A stretch of 64,000 bases of DNA from Octopus vulgaris. Its lineage: Eukaryota. Under the pieces are notes generated by a model. The model saw only the letters and a program-made list of their open reading frames with translations. It was not told where the DNA came from and searched no databases. The DNA lies in assembly GCA_951406725.2 (NCBI GenBank), contig OX597824.1, positions 5,208,001 to 5,272,000 on the forward strand, written 5' to 3'. The translations under genes were made by a program, and so were the position numbers. Positions 26,832 through 40,114 of this stretch are shown one piece after another (positions within the stretch are counted from its first letter, which is position 1; each line of letters begins with the position of its first letter).

Positions 26832-27130
26832 AGGCGTGGCGGTATGGTAAGGTATGGGTTCCGAGTTCAATCATATTCCATAGAACCTTGTGCAAATGTA
26901 TTGTTCTATATAACCCCGCGATGACCAAAGCCTTCTAAGTGGATTTAGTGTGTGTGTGTTTGTGTCTTTGCGTCTGTCTTTGACCCGTCACCACCGCTTG
27001 ACAACCAGTGTTTGTGTGTTTCTGTCTTTGTAACTTAGCGGTTAAAGAGACCGATAAAATAAGTATCCGTCTTTCGAAAAATTAAGTTGTGGGGTCGATT
27101 CGTTGTAATGACTGAAACAAGTAAAAGATG
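26832..27130 (+). mobile_element. SINE family B, old diverged copy
   Basis: aggcgtggcggtatggtaag...gaccaaagcc...cgcttgacaaccag...gtaacttagcggtt...gactgaaacaagtaaaaga. Confidence 0.75.
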
Positions 27131-28042
27131 AGAAAATTACGGGTTCTCTTTACGTTTTTAAAGACCCTCCGCAAAGATTTGAAATTAGGAATTCTGGTTT
27201 GCAATTGGATCGATGAGTTCAAAAGTGAACAGTCTTTACGTCATATTATCTTTTTACAGTTAAGTGAAGTGGAGCAATGAGAGCGAAGTTTGTTTGTCGT
27301 TTGTTCTGGATATGAACCCTGCATCGGTTCAGCTGATAGTCTTAAGACTTATCGATTTAACCCAAAGTAATTCTCAGAGCGTCGTAAACAGACTAAAGTT
27401 TCATGGAAACAAAACGGAATCATTAGAAATTCTTTTATTGGCTCTCGCCATTGCTAATTGAGAAGAAAATTAAAACTTGTGTTTTTGTTTTGTGTTGAAG
27501 TTAAAATCCCTGTTGGCTAAAACAGTTGCCCTTTTTGGCTCACATAATGATTGATAATAAAATTCAAGCATTCTGTTTTTTTTTTTTTTCCTGTAATTCC
27601 TTTTCCTTCTGCGATTTCTTTCATTGGAGATATCTATTTCTGGACTAAAATTTCTGCCTGAAATGAAATGCAAAGTTAACAGCAGTGAAAACTTATCCGA
27701 ACGGATGATGTATCAGGACGTCCATCAAAACTCTCAGCCACACAAATCTGGTTTATGTAAACAAAGTTTTAAATATCTGTTTATTATTTTGTTTACAATG
27801 TTCGTAATCTCTTTGATTCTCAGTAAAGCAGTGATCTGGAAGTGACATAAGAACATTAGACTAAATTTCCAATGGTATTTAGTTCCGTCACTCTGTATTT
27901 TCGGTTCAAATCTCATTGGAGTCTAATCCACTTTCCCCTTTCCCGGAGTTGATTAAAAAGTAAGTAGCATCTATATGTTAAGTTCAATTCTATCGCTTCC
28001 TTCAAACATCGGGGGTTTTGATATTCCATTTCACTTATTCTA

Positions 28043-28519
28043 CACTGGCGAAAATAAATTTAAGACCATCTAATCTATAAATTTAAGACAATCTAATCTA
28101 AAACAGTTATTCGATTATATCAATGAAATATGGCAAATCATTCCCATAGAATTTTGTAATCACTTAGCGAATTCAATGCCGAGGCGTTGTTCAGTCGTTA
28201 TTAAGAATAAAGGCTAGGCACAAAGTACTAATATCTATTTTGTTCTTATTGCTCATTTTTGATACAATGTTAAACTTTAAATAAAATTATAATGATACGG
28301 TCTTAAACTAATTTTGCCGTTACATTTGAAAGGTTTATATTAATTTAGGATTATAATTCTTCAAGTTGCATAAAAATAGTTATTGTCTGCATCATTCGAA
28401 AGAGAAATAAATTCTGCATAAGGTGTAAAAGATAAAATTAATTTGTATTGTGTTAGTAACAAAATATTTGGTAAGAAACAGAATTTTTATCATCGGTCTT
28501 AAATTTATTTTCGCCAGTG
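28043..28519. mobile_element. Tc1/mariner-type MITE, 477 bp
   Basis: Perfect 25-bp TIR cactggcgaaaataaatttaagacc at both ends; TA TSD at 28041-28042 and 28520-28521; AT-rich non-coding interior. Confidence 0.92.
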
Positions 28520-29307
28520 TACTTCTATTTTTTTGGGGAAAACCCTAGCATCATGCTGTTCCATTACCATCCAACCTAGTCTTACGCTAATTCAAAAGAA
28601 ATAAATAGTCTTGAACTCATTTTAGTGAGTATCGTTAGTCAACACGTCACAGAACTTTACATTCTGAACTGAATTACGTCCTTTGACGTTGCTTTGAACC
28701 TATTGTAAATAATGTCTTCTAATGTAGAGAAAATGATTAAAAGTGTTGATTTGAGCAACGTATTTGAAGTAAAACTTATTGCTTTGTATAAAGTATTTAT
28801 AGAACGGCTAATTTATCAGAACAGGACACGTTTATATAATTACTCTATGGAAAATATTCCCAGTTGATATGTGTAAGTTATTCATTCATTCTGCTATTAT
28901 GAACATAATGATTTGTTATAAAATTGTTGCAATGGAAACCTCTAGCAAATGTTATAGGAAGAGGGTTGCACTGAAACGAATTTAGTTTTGCAGTTTTGCT
29001 GCTACCATGTGGTAGACTTTGGAGAGTATAAATTTCACTCGTAACAATAATTTCAAGTATGCATTGGGCTGAGAGTGTTGGCGGTGGAATTACTTATTAA
29101 TTATATCAAGGAAGAAACAGAAAAATGACACAAGGACCGAGAATACAATGAGAAATAAAAATTAATAATAAACAAAAAATACTAAAGACAAACAGGTTGC
29201 ATATTTGAAGTCAATGTAGTGGAGAAAAGTATAAAGAGGACAGCTATAAGTTATAAAGCAGTATTAGCCAGATGTTTACCCACCGAAAATATATGCCCAC
29301 GGGCATA

Positions 29308-29560
29308 TAGCGGCAGATAAAATACCTATTTCTTTACTACCCACAAGGGGCTAAACACAGAGAGGACAAACAAGGACAGACAAACGGATTAAGTCGATTA
29401 CATCGACCCCCAGTGCGTAACTGGTACTTATTTAATCGACCCCGACAGGATGAAAGGTAAAGTCGACCTCGGCGGAATTTGAACTCAGAGCGTAACAGCA
29501 GACGAAATACTGCTAAGCATTTTGCCCGCGTGCTAACGATTCTGCCAGTTCGCCGCCTTA
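29308..29560 (-). mobile_element. SINE family A, full length plus start of a second subunit
   Basis: Reverse complement of 63-301 with an extra gtattttatctgccgcta beyond the 3' end. Confidence 0.9.
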
Positions 29561-30413
29561 GTTCGATATAAAGGAAGAAAAAAAAAATGAAATTTTGCCT
29601 TTACGACTTTGTCACTAAAATGGGGGATAATTTAAGAGAACACTGAAAATCAAGCAAGAATTAAAAACATATTTGCTTCGATCAATATTTTTTTCTTGTC
29701 ACTTTGTTCTGCAACGTTCATCCCTGTTAGTTTCACTGCGCCGTTGACACTGCTAGATGAAGTCAGAAGTCAAAGTGTCGAAATCATTCTGAAACCTGTT
29801 AAACGGCTGATGGAAGGAGTTTATGAGTCATGCTTGCTTTTAGTTTATGTCATTCTGTGTAATTTTTTCCGTATCTCATCTTGTAACGCATACGATACTC
29901 TTCTCACAACACTATATGGGGCCCGCGTGTTCTATCTCTACTGTCTCGACTATCGTCTACCCTTTATCACTCACCTACCTTTTCCTTTCTACTCGCTACT
30001 ACTTTTATCCCAGAAGGCAACAATACCCCGATCTTCCCTCCTTTTAGGTCGTTCTCGGTCTCTCCTTCTCTCTCTCCGCCTCCACAGATAGTCAGACGAG
30101 GTCGGACACCGTTTTCTTACTCTCCTTTTTCTATTTCTGTTCAAGTAAAACTGCTTCAGATTAAGTATCTCTTAGCGTTAATTCTTATCCACACGAGTCT
30201 TTTCTAAGTCGAAAGACTATTTTTATTTCTTGTTTTTCCTTCGTCCTCTATTTGGCATCATTCCGCTTCGTGGCTTTCGTTCCTAGTATTTTCACATACA
30301 TACATACATACATACATACATACACACATACACACATACACACATACAGACATACACACACATACATACGTACATGCATACATACATACATACATACATA
30401 CATACAAACACAC

Positions 30414-30446
<33 letters not shown>

Positions 30447-30494
30447 CATACATACATATGTACGTTCAGATATACTATCATACATACATATATC

Positions 30495-30525
<31 letters not shown>

Positions 30526-30582
30526 GTACATATATGTATAAATTTATACATACGTATATGCATATATAGATCTATCTATCTA

Positions 30583-30623
<41 letters not shown>

Positions 30624-32010
30624 ATTCATAAATATATATATATGTACACTCACACATACGTATCGAACAAGCCTGTATGCTTCGAATCAATAGTTCTCTT
30701 ATATTACTGAATTAAAATGCAAAGCAGTTACATTATTCCAAATCGCAAAGAATTATAAAAAAAGTATAAAAGAAACCGCACCAACCAATAGATATATCGT
30801 GATAAGATTTTCCAATGCGCGTAGAATCTATTGAATTTAAATTCACTCATCCGACGGGCAATGTTTTTTTTTTTTCTGCTGTCAATTGGAGTTCATAGTA
30901 TCTAAGAATTTTCGTCATTCAAATAACAGGAATGGCGTGCTATAAAAGCATGTTATGAATTCAGCGAACCAGTTAAAAGTTCTATTTTGTGCGAAATGCG
31001 TTCCCAGCACCATCGCTTTTTAGAATGATTTTTTTTTCTCCATTGAATTCCGTCAGTTATCCAAACAATTTTCTGCCCTGCCCCTTACTCGCAACTACTC
31101 TCATTCCTAAGGCACACATTTCTTTTGTTAAAATACTGAAGACGTATAGAGTTCGTCGATAAAATGACTCATCAAGCGTATTGAAAAATTGATAAAAGAT
31201 AGATTTGCGGTTGAATAATTACTTTTGCTCGTTGACAGAACTTCCTAGTCAAATGACATTGGCATTCGAAAAATATAAACTGACAGGGTGCCAATCATTC
31301 ATGAAGCACACCATTTTTGCTGCTCATAATGAATAAAATATTAAAATATTTTTGATACTTCTGCTCATATTCAAATGCACACACACAAATACAGCGTAAT
31401 TTAAAGTGGCAGCCATTACGGATCTACGTGGTTATTGCGAGCTACAGTATCGATGTTGATAAATTGTATCAAAGCAGAGAGAAACACGGGATGAATGTGC
31501 TTGTGCGGCGTTTATACGTTTGGCCGGGATATTAATTAGTTTTTACCGTACAATTCTTTCTGTTGATGATTTCGTTTTATTCATTAGAGACAAATCAAAT
31601 AAGAAAAACAAGAACAAAACAAGCAGAAATTAAAGCAAAACAATAAGGTTGTGTCAAGGACATTATCCGCATACGAGCAATCATTTGATTTCAATCAACC
31701 GCAAGTGTAACGATTAACTCCAGGTACAAAGATTTCTATAGCAAACGAGACAATAAAAAGACAACTAGATAGTCATTCGTCTTTCTAGTAATAGCAGCCA
31801 ATTCTACCTGATTTTATGTTACGTTTTTCTTAAAATAGGGTTCACATACTGGATAAAGCGCTCCGGGATCATAATGCCTGAAGAAGAATAAGAATAAATA
31901 AATAAAAAGGGATTGCAAAGGCTTGAAGGTATATACCTTTTGCTCCTGCGATTAACGGTTACTTAATGGTTAGGCCTTTGTTTTTGAAAAGTAACTGATC
32001 AATAATCCTA

Positions 32011-32151
32011 CAATTTTATATTTAAAAGATGAGGAATTATGTACATTATTTACATTATTTACAATTGACGGCTATTTGTCCTCATCTTGTTTCGGCTGAT
32101 ATACCCTCCAGCCTTCATTCTTAGGGAAATTTCGAATCTGGGTTCTCATTC
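32011..32151 (-). mobile_element. 3' part of the tRNA-headed HHR element, with internal deletions
   Basis: Reverse complement gaatgagaacccag...atgaaggctggagggtatatcagccgaaac...aagatgaggacaaatagccgtcaattgtaaataatgtaaat matches 21560-21729. Confidence 0.85.
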
Positions 32152-32843
32152 ACGTGAGGGCTGCAATCAGAAAACCACTACTTTCAAAAACAAATGTTGC
32201 AAAGCGTTTAGAGTGGAGTAAAACCCTACAGAATTGCTCCCTAGAGCAGAGAAAGAATGTTATGTTCTCAGACTAGTCATCCTTTACCTTATTTCCGACA
32301 ACCGGCAGAGTATTCGTGTGGAGACAACCCAAAGGAGCATTTTACCCAGACTGCCTTCTTCCAAATGTTAAACATGGAGGAGGATCTGTGATGATCGGAG
32401 AGGGGGGGGCTATATCTTGGAAATCCGCCGGCCCAAAGGTTTTCCTTCATGGCAGAATTAATAGTCAAGACGATTTAAGCATTTTATCTGATCAAATTCA
32501 TCCTATGGTTGCGGAACTGTTTCGGGAGGGAAACGCAATGTTACAGGATGATAATGCATCAATTCACACTGCTAAAGTTGTTACTGAATGGCATGAGGAA
32601 CATTCTAGTGAAGTTGAACATCTTATCCGGCCACCACAGTCCCCAGATCTCAATATTATTGAAGATTTATGGTGCATTTTAGAAAAAAACAAGTAAGGAG
32701 TCGATATCCTCCACCATCATCACTACAAGAACTGGAAACTGTTTTATCTGAAGAATGGACAAAAATCCCATTGGAAACAATTCAGATTTTGTATGAGTCC
32801 TCGTAGAATTTAAGCTGTAATTACTGCCAAAGGCAGTCCTACC

Positions 32844-32846
<3 letters not shown>
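32152..32846 (+). mobile_element. Decayed Tc1-family (DD34E) transposase
   Basis: RKPLLS...VMFSD*SSF...VKHGGGSVMI...QDDNASIH...PPQSPDLNIIEDLW. Confidence 0.92.
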
Positions 32847-32926
<80 letters not shown>

Positions 32927-33205
32927 CATACATACATACATATATGTATGTATTATATATATATATAAATTTATATATATGCATATATATGTATTTATAT
33001 ATATATATATGTATGTATGTGTGTGTGTGTATTATTATATATACACCAATAAGGCTAGTTGTTTGGCAGAATTGAGATAGGGCCGGAAAAACGCTTTGCA
33101 GTGGTATTTGGTTGTTCCGGCTCTTTACGTTCAGAGTTCAAAGCCTACCAAGGCCAACTTAGCCTATCTCCACCTCCACTTAAGCTCATAAAAGAAAGTA
33201 CCACA

Positions 33206-33301
<96 letters not shown>

Positions 33302-34604
33302 AAGGTTTTAATTAGCATTGTCCTGCATGTGTAAATCAGTGAGGATTGCAGAATAAATATTTCGGTTGAGAAAGTTATCTCGTGTTCTCACACAACTTTC
33401 ATTTCTTTAAAATAATAATAAAAATTAAAAGACTTTGGTGAATCGAATTTTCAGGCGTGTGGGTTATTGGTTTTACGCTAATTACTATTGTTAAAAGAAA
33501 TATTGTGTTGTTATATTTTAATTGTTTTATTTTTAATGGTTTGGTGAGAAGCGGGATGGCGATGGAAGACAGTACCTATTGACCATCTTTCAGAATTTTC
33601 GTTACTGGTCGGGTTAAAGGAGGAGGGATAACATCAGTTCGAGGCACTGCTTGCCACAGACTAGACTCAACTAAGAACACCAAAAGCCAGTTGAAGACGT
33701 TGTACTGGGCGTTGGATTAAGTCTGCAATAAACGTGACAGAAAATCCCACTTTGACAGACTTACGTTCAATTTCCGTCGACGCAATTTCACTGGAGGTCG
33801 CGCCTAGCCTTAGCTAGAAATCACTCATGCGAAATGCCAATGAGCGTAATCGAACCCGGAAAAACGTGATTACTAAGCAAGTTATTAATCACAAGTCGGT
33901 AATGGACATAAAATTCTAAATATTTTATTTAATATTTCGAAAGAGCTTTAACTGAATTATGAAACGAGTTAACAGTCTTAACTACAGCGATGCTAATAGT
34001 TTCTCTCTGACACGCATGTAATTCCATCACATTAATGAGATATTGCTTTTAAACGAATTGAAGATTCATAGAATATTTTACAACAGCAATACCGGATAAC
34101 AATGAGCAATAATCTTCTCTCGCGTTAACATACATTTATTGATTTAATCGACTCCACTCTATGACCATTATATATTTTATCAACCTCGGAGTTTATTGAA
34201 CCTAGAACATAAAGGGGCGTATCTAAATATTGAAAATATTGATTTTCGTTTTCACATACGCACAGCATTCCGTGGATATAATAGTTAATAATCTTATATA
34301 ATTATATATTGGCTTCAGCACTTTAACGGCCCTCGAAGATATGAAAGATAAAGTTCACCTTGACCAGATTTGAACGTGGGATGTAAAGATATTTTGCCTG
34401 GTAATTGATTGTTTGTCATTCTTCCTTTGAAAGGAACATCTTAGATCAACCGTATTTGGGATATTTTTGTGTTTTCAGTTTAACATTTTAGTAGTTTTTT
34501 TTTTTTACCTTAATCCCTCTGCAGTGTCAGTAATCCAAAGTCTTAAGACTCTAGTCACTGTACTGGATTGGCGAGGATTTATCTCGCGGAAAACATAGAA
34601 TAAA

Positions 34605-34830
34605 GAAATAATCCTTACTCTTATGGGCACAAGGCTCGGGTTTTTCTTTTTAGGGGAAGGAGTTGCTTAATTACGTCTGCGCAGTGCATAACTGGTACTT
34701 ATCCACCGATCCCGAAAGGATGAAAGGCGAAGTTGGGCCGGCGGAATTCATACACACAACATAAAGACGGACGAAATGCTGCTAAGCATTTTTTCCGGCA
34801 TGCTATCGAACCTGCCAATTGGCCACTTTA
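34605..34830 (-). mobile_element. SINE family A, diverged
   Basis: actggtactta...cccgaaaggatgaaaggcgaag...gacgaaatgctgctaagcatt. Confidence 0.75.
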
Positions 34831-34849
34831 TACAGTCAAGAAATAAAAC

Positions 34850-35700
34850 CATTTCTTAAGCCACGTTGAAAAGATGGTACGAATGTTTTAGCGAATCCCT
34901 TTATGAAGACGGATAACTAAAAATGTAATAAATAAGTGAGGGTAAACTGTTGTTTAAAAGTCATGATGATAAACAAGGGAGCTGTATGGTGGTTTCTGGT
35001 CGAAAGGGAACGGAATATAGAGATGAACAGTGAGAAATTGCCATTCATGCGAGAAGATAAGTGGGAAGAAGTGGATAACAACAGCTGAGAGGTATGCGCG
35101 AGCTTTTGGGTGGAAGAATCATACGTGTAACAGTACGGATATGTGTGTGATGGATTGAGTGAATATCGACAGGTTGTGGTGATAAATGTGATTGAATACC
35201 GTAGTATGTGTGAGTAGAGAGGTGGGAGCATCGGATACCTAAGTGTGTGTGGTTGCGTCTTTATGTGAAGGAAGGCGATTAAAGGAGACGAATGATGCGA
35301 ATGTGCGCAAGTCAGTCTATGGTGATAGGAAGTAAAAGGAGAGAGAAAGGACACAGAGGAAGTGTAAATTGTTATCGATTCCACCCGAGGTTATCGTTGC
35401 TAATCGGAAGATTAATTGTTGTTCATAGAAGCAGCAGGTAACGAGGATGTCGTAGTTTGGGAGGCCACGGACGGCAATATGATCATAGGAAAACCTGTCG
35501 ATTTAAAATAGCTTGCAGCAGGACTGAGAGATCCATTATTATAATTCAATGTTTCTCATTACAATATCCATAGATATCAGATGGTATAGTGGAACAATTT
35601 TAACGGGGTAACAACCTGAGAATTATCATTTTCATTCAGACCAACTGAAAGGAAGACTGTCATTAATTATACGAATTTCCCCACGGATTATGGTTTTGAG
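34850..35700 (-). mobile_element. Old Penelope-like element: GIY-YIG C-terminus and downstream region
   Basis: Minus strand SYDHIAVRGL...EQQLIFRLATITSGGIDNNLHF resembles the PLE C-terminal ExxxIxxLxTxxPxGLN motif. Confidence 0.65.
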
Positions 35701-35744
35701 TCGTACATATATATGCTATCTCTTTACACCTTCAAATCCTTTAA

Positions 35745-35852
35745 ATCACTAATAGTTTTCAGAAATCTTTAAAGTCGCTAATACTTTTGAGAACTGGTTT
35801 GTATCGCTAATACTTTTGAGAACTTTAAATCGCTAATACTATTCAGAAATCG
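35745..35852. repeat. About 28-bp minisatellite, 4 degenerate units (tcgctaatacttttgagaa...)
   Basis: Direct reading. Confidence 0.8.
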
Positions 35853-37654
35853 TAAATGGATTCTAATCTTGATATTTCTTTCCCACAATTCTCTGCTATT
35901 GTGCTTACGTTGGCGAGCTATTCTATTTAAATATTAAGCACAAATATAGGAAAAATCTTTGAAAAGTAAATCGTCTCAAATGATTCCACATAACTGATTG
36001 GGAATAATATAAAAAGTAATAATTTCAGCATTCAATAAAATATTAAAAGAATTCCTAGGTTTTCTACCATCTTTGTTAGTTCGCCATTTTATATGAAAAC
36101 TCTTTCTAACAGAATAATAAAATCCGAACTAAAAAAGGATTCACTCGGAACATTTATATCGCTATACTGTAGGTTTAAACATAAATATGCTTTTGTAAAT
36201 ACTGAAAGAAAGGAACCTCTCTTCTCAATATTCAGTTTAGCATAAAGGAATCACTTAACTGAATTTAACATGGCGTATGAACAGAAGGCTTAGTCCACGT
36301 AAGCCCATTTACAAAACTATTTACACGCACTTAGAGAGAGAAAAAAAAACACCTTAAGCGTATTAGCTCTAAAGTTATTTTTTTAAAACTTTATATCCAT
36401 CTCTGCGATGCAGAACAGTCGAATGTCGAAGTGCAAGCCTTACATAATTTATTTTCTGATTGTAAGGTATGGGTTCGTATTTATCTAGGCTTCAGTCATC
36501 CATTCAGTTCACTATAAAAACGACCCATCAAACATTCCCTTGCATCGTCATTCGATCTGCTGGAAATCACAGTAAAATTTCTTTCAAACCACACCCCATC
36601 GCTTGGGGGAAAGGTAAAGGTATTTTGCATATTGTACTTTTACACACCCCTTGAAATATGGAGTGATCGTGGCTGGAACACTCTTGATCTTGGATCTGTT
36701 CACTCAAGGTTGACATAGAGTTAAGAAATAACCACCAACATTTATTTGTGGCTATGAATTTCCTTTCACTTTATGAGGTTTTATTGGTGACAAAGGACCT
36801 TATTTTAAAATATAAGTGTAAGTTTAACTCATCATGGCGAGTTTAACGTGTGACAGACCATTGCAGATAAGATGTTACAAGGAATTTCTGGACTTATAAC
36901 CAGAAATATAGTCAGAACATGTGACTTAACTTAACAGAAGGATTGGACATTCTGATCCTTGAATGTATATTAGTGCGGATTCCAGTTTCTTTTTGGAAAA
37001 CTTAAAATGATCACTGAAAGTTTAGGAAACAAACGCTGTCGGAAAGTCTATTTGCACGAAATACTGGATAAGCACCCAGGCTTATGTTTCAACCAATCCT
37101 ATTGTCATCATATCAATAAAGACTCGAACAAAATCAATCTTTGTTTCATAAATAAGTCATTTATTTTATTGAAGCATAGAAAATCGTCTCGATTCTGTTA
37201 TCGGCAACACTCGCTGCCACAGTCTACGTGGTTGTACATAGATATCATGCGTAGAAACTTTACTGTATAATTGATATTTTACATTGACATAAGTCTTCAC
37301 AATCTGGGATTGTCTATTTCTACGACTGACTGGGATAGTATTTTATGGAACCTTGAATGAAGAAACACGCAGCCGACCTTTGTATGATTGAAATTAGAAC
37401 GTTAAGAATCGTTACTAACTATTGCTATATAATAACCGACTGCATTGCTTGACTGCAGTACTGAGTTCAACTTAAGAATCGAGGCCCTTGTAGAAACGTT
37501 CATATGATGGTTACATTATAACTATCGCTCCTCAATGAATATTTGTATTGGCACTTCCATTCCGGTTCTTTAATTCGGTATAAAAGCCTAAATTGCATTA
37601 GATATAACCCTTACACAGACATTTGCGAATGATATCAAATATTCATATACTTCT

Positions 37655-38072
37655 TATGTCTTTACTGCCCACAAGTGGCTACACACAGAGGGGACAAACA
37701 AGGACAGACAAACGGATTAAGTCGATTATATCGACCCCAATGTGTAACTGGTACTTATTTAATCGACCCCGAAAGGATGAAAGGCAAAGTCGACCTCGGC
37801 AGAGTTTGAACTCAGAACGTAATGACAGACGAAATACCTATTTCTTTACTACCCACAAGGGACTAAACACAGAGGGGACAAACAAGGACAGACAAACGGA
37901 TTAAGTCGATTATATCGACCCCAATGTGTAACTGGTACTTATTTAATCGACCCCGAAAGGATGAAAAGCAAAGTCGACCTCGGCAGAGTTTGAACTCAGA
38001 ACGTAACGGCAGACGAGATACGACTACGCATTTCGCTCGGTGTGCTAACGTTTCTGCCAGCTCGCCGCCTTA
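37655..38072 (-). mobile_element. SINE family A with tandem-duplicated 180-bp body
   Basis: Unit cccacaag...gaactcagaacgtaa occurs twice, 180 bp apart; single head ending near 38071. Confidence 0.92.
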
Positions 38073-38375
38073 AATATTTATATCCCCCCCCTTTTTTTTT
38101 ATATAAACTAAAAATCTACTCCCGAATATTGTTACTATCGCAGGTTTTCCATAGAATATAAAGCGGCTAACATGAATACAATTTTTAAACACATTTCTAA
38201 ATATAGAATTTAATGGTAATGTCTGTGATGTTCAGCTTCCCTTACTCTTCCGGCTAAACATTTTTCACCTCTTCAAAACGAAATAATAAATATCGCAAAG
38301 TAGAATCATTAAACATTTAATGTTCGATAAAATTAGTTTTCTGGAATTAAATTAATCGTCTGCTTTTCAACTTAA

Positions 38376-38596
38376 CCCTTTTGATGCCAACCCGCCTGAA
38401 ACCGCCCCTAGTTCTACGGTACACGTTTCCTCTTTTATTGTTGAGCTAAATTAAAACTCTCCATCAAAATTTTACGTTAATTTATATTTCAAACACCAGC
38501 TTAATAATGACAGTTATTTTAATAAATGCTTCATTAGTTTCAATATTAATTTAAACAAAGGAAGTGGATTTCAACGGAAAGTATGGCAACAAAAGA
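38376..38596. mobile_element. piggyBac-like MITE
   Basis: ttaa|cccttttgatgcca...tggcaacaaaaga|ttaa: imperfect TIRs and TTAA at both ends. Confidence 0.6.
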
Positions 38597-39706
38597 TTAA
38601 CAATGTTTAAAATCGATATATAATCCTAACGTTTTTATGAGCTCTGTCTCCACATCTCTCTTTCTTTCTCGCTCTACCTCCCTCTCTTCCCCTCTCTCTC
38701 ACTGTATACACTCATATACATGGGTTATATTGATTACTGGAGCCTTTTATTTAGCCGAAAGCTGTATGGATATACAGAATTAAGTATATAGATAAACACT
38801 CTTTATAATATCTCCATCAACCTATATCGCTTAACATCTCAATACTCCGTAAGAAACTTCCAGAATATTCTATTGCAAACTGTAATATGTGTATCAAATC
38901 CTAAAAGCTCCAACACAACTGTTGTTTTTGCGTAAGTTAATCTCTTGGGAAAAAATCAAAGTGTTCTGTCATTGATTAAATTTGTTTGTATTTCATTTTA
39001 TTTTAGACATTCATCGATGTCATGTTTCACATTTTGTTTTGTAAATTAAATAAAGTTTTATACTTGTACAATTAAAATTCGAAATAAAACCGCTTGGAGA
39101 CTTGACATTTTGCACCGAAATAAATGAGAAAACAGCTTTAAAATGTCTTTAGGACAAAGTGTATAAAGAATTCAAGATAAGAAAGCGTAATAGAATCCGC
39201 GAATACCACTTTATAAATAACTATTTATACGAGAAAATAGCCATACAATGCCATTAGTAGATAGAATACAAGGTAAGGATATCATAATAGAATACATGAA
39301 TGCCTCTTTATAAATAACTATTAATCCGTAAAACGGATTTGATAAAACTGTCTGAAAGTTTTAGCAAAACAACATTACTTGAAGTGAATTGCTCACGAAA
39401 ACGTTGGTTAGTCTTTGCTAATGGCACCGAATGCTATTTACAGGTTCCAGCAGAGTAGCGCTTTTGACGTGGAACCATAGTTCTCATGCCCAAGTTCTCT
39501 TCAGAAGTTTCAAATCTCAATTCAATTCGAGTTGAAACGTTCTGTCACTTCGAATCAAATTGCAACATCAAAAACCCAGTTGGAACAACCACAACAATAA
39601 GAAGGTTATTTACAAATTCAACCCCGAATTATTTTTCCCAAAATACTTGAGAATCTTGAAATTAATTACAAATAGCAGAGGAATATTTCCTAAGTGGAAT
39701 ACGGTG

Positions 39707-39795
39707 ATGTATCGTAACTTCCACAACGAGGATCAATACAAATGGCTGCAAGCTGCCATAAGGGAAAATGACGAATTTACAGTTTCTCACTTGAG
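39707..39795 (+). CDS. Weak candidate coding exon, possibly the start of an ankyrin-like repeat
   Basis: MYRNFHNEDQYKWLQAAIRENDEFTVSHL ending at gag|gtaatg; upstream tttacag acceptor at 39443; repeat-poor context. Confidence 0.15.
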
Positions 39796-39997
39796 GTAAT
39801 GATATATATTCTCTAGATTTATCTACATCTCGTGTTCGATGATCGATAGTAACATATACTGATCATTATTGTCCTCTTAGATTGAATAGCGAGAAAAGTA
39901 TCCAGCTATTCGAATAAATTTAGATTTCTTTATATAATGCTGAATCAAAATTGGAATATTAACCTTCCTCAGAGAGAACTTCTGCCACCAGTTCCAA

Positions 39998-40094
<97 letters not shown>

Positions 40095-40114
40095 GCACAT
40101 ATATATCAAAATGT

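Noticed and set aside
35745-35852. CRISPR-like spaced repeats
   Set aside because: Eukaryotic context, no unique spacers of regular length and no cas genes; an ordinary minisatellite.
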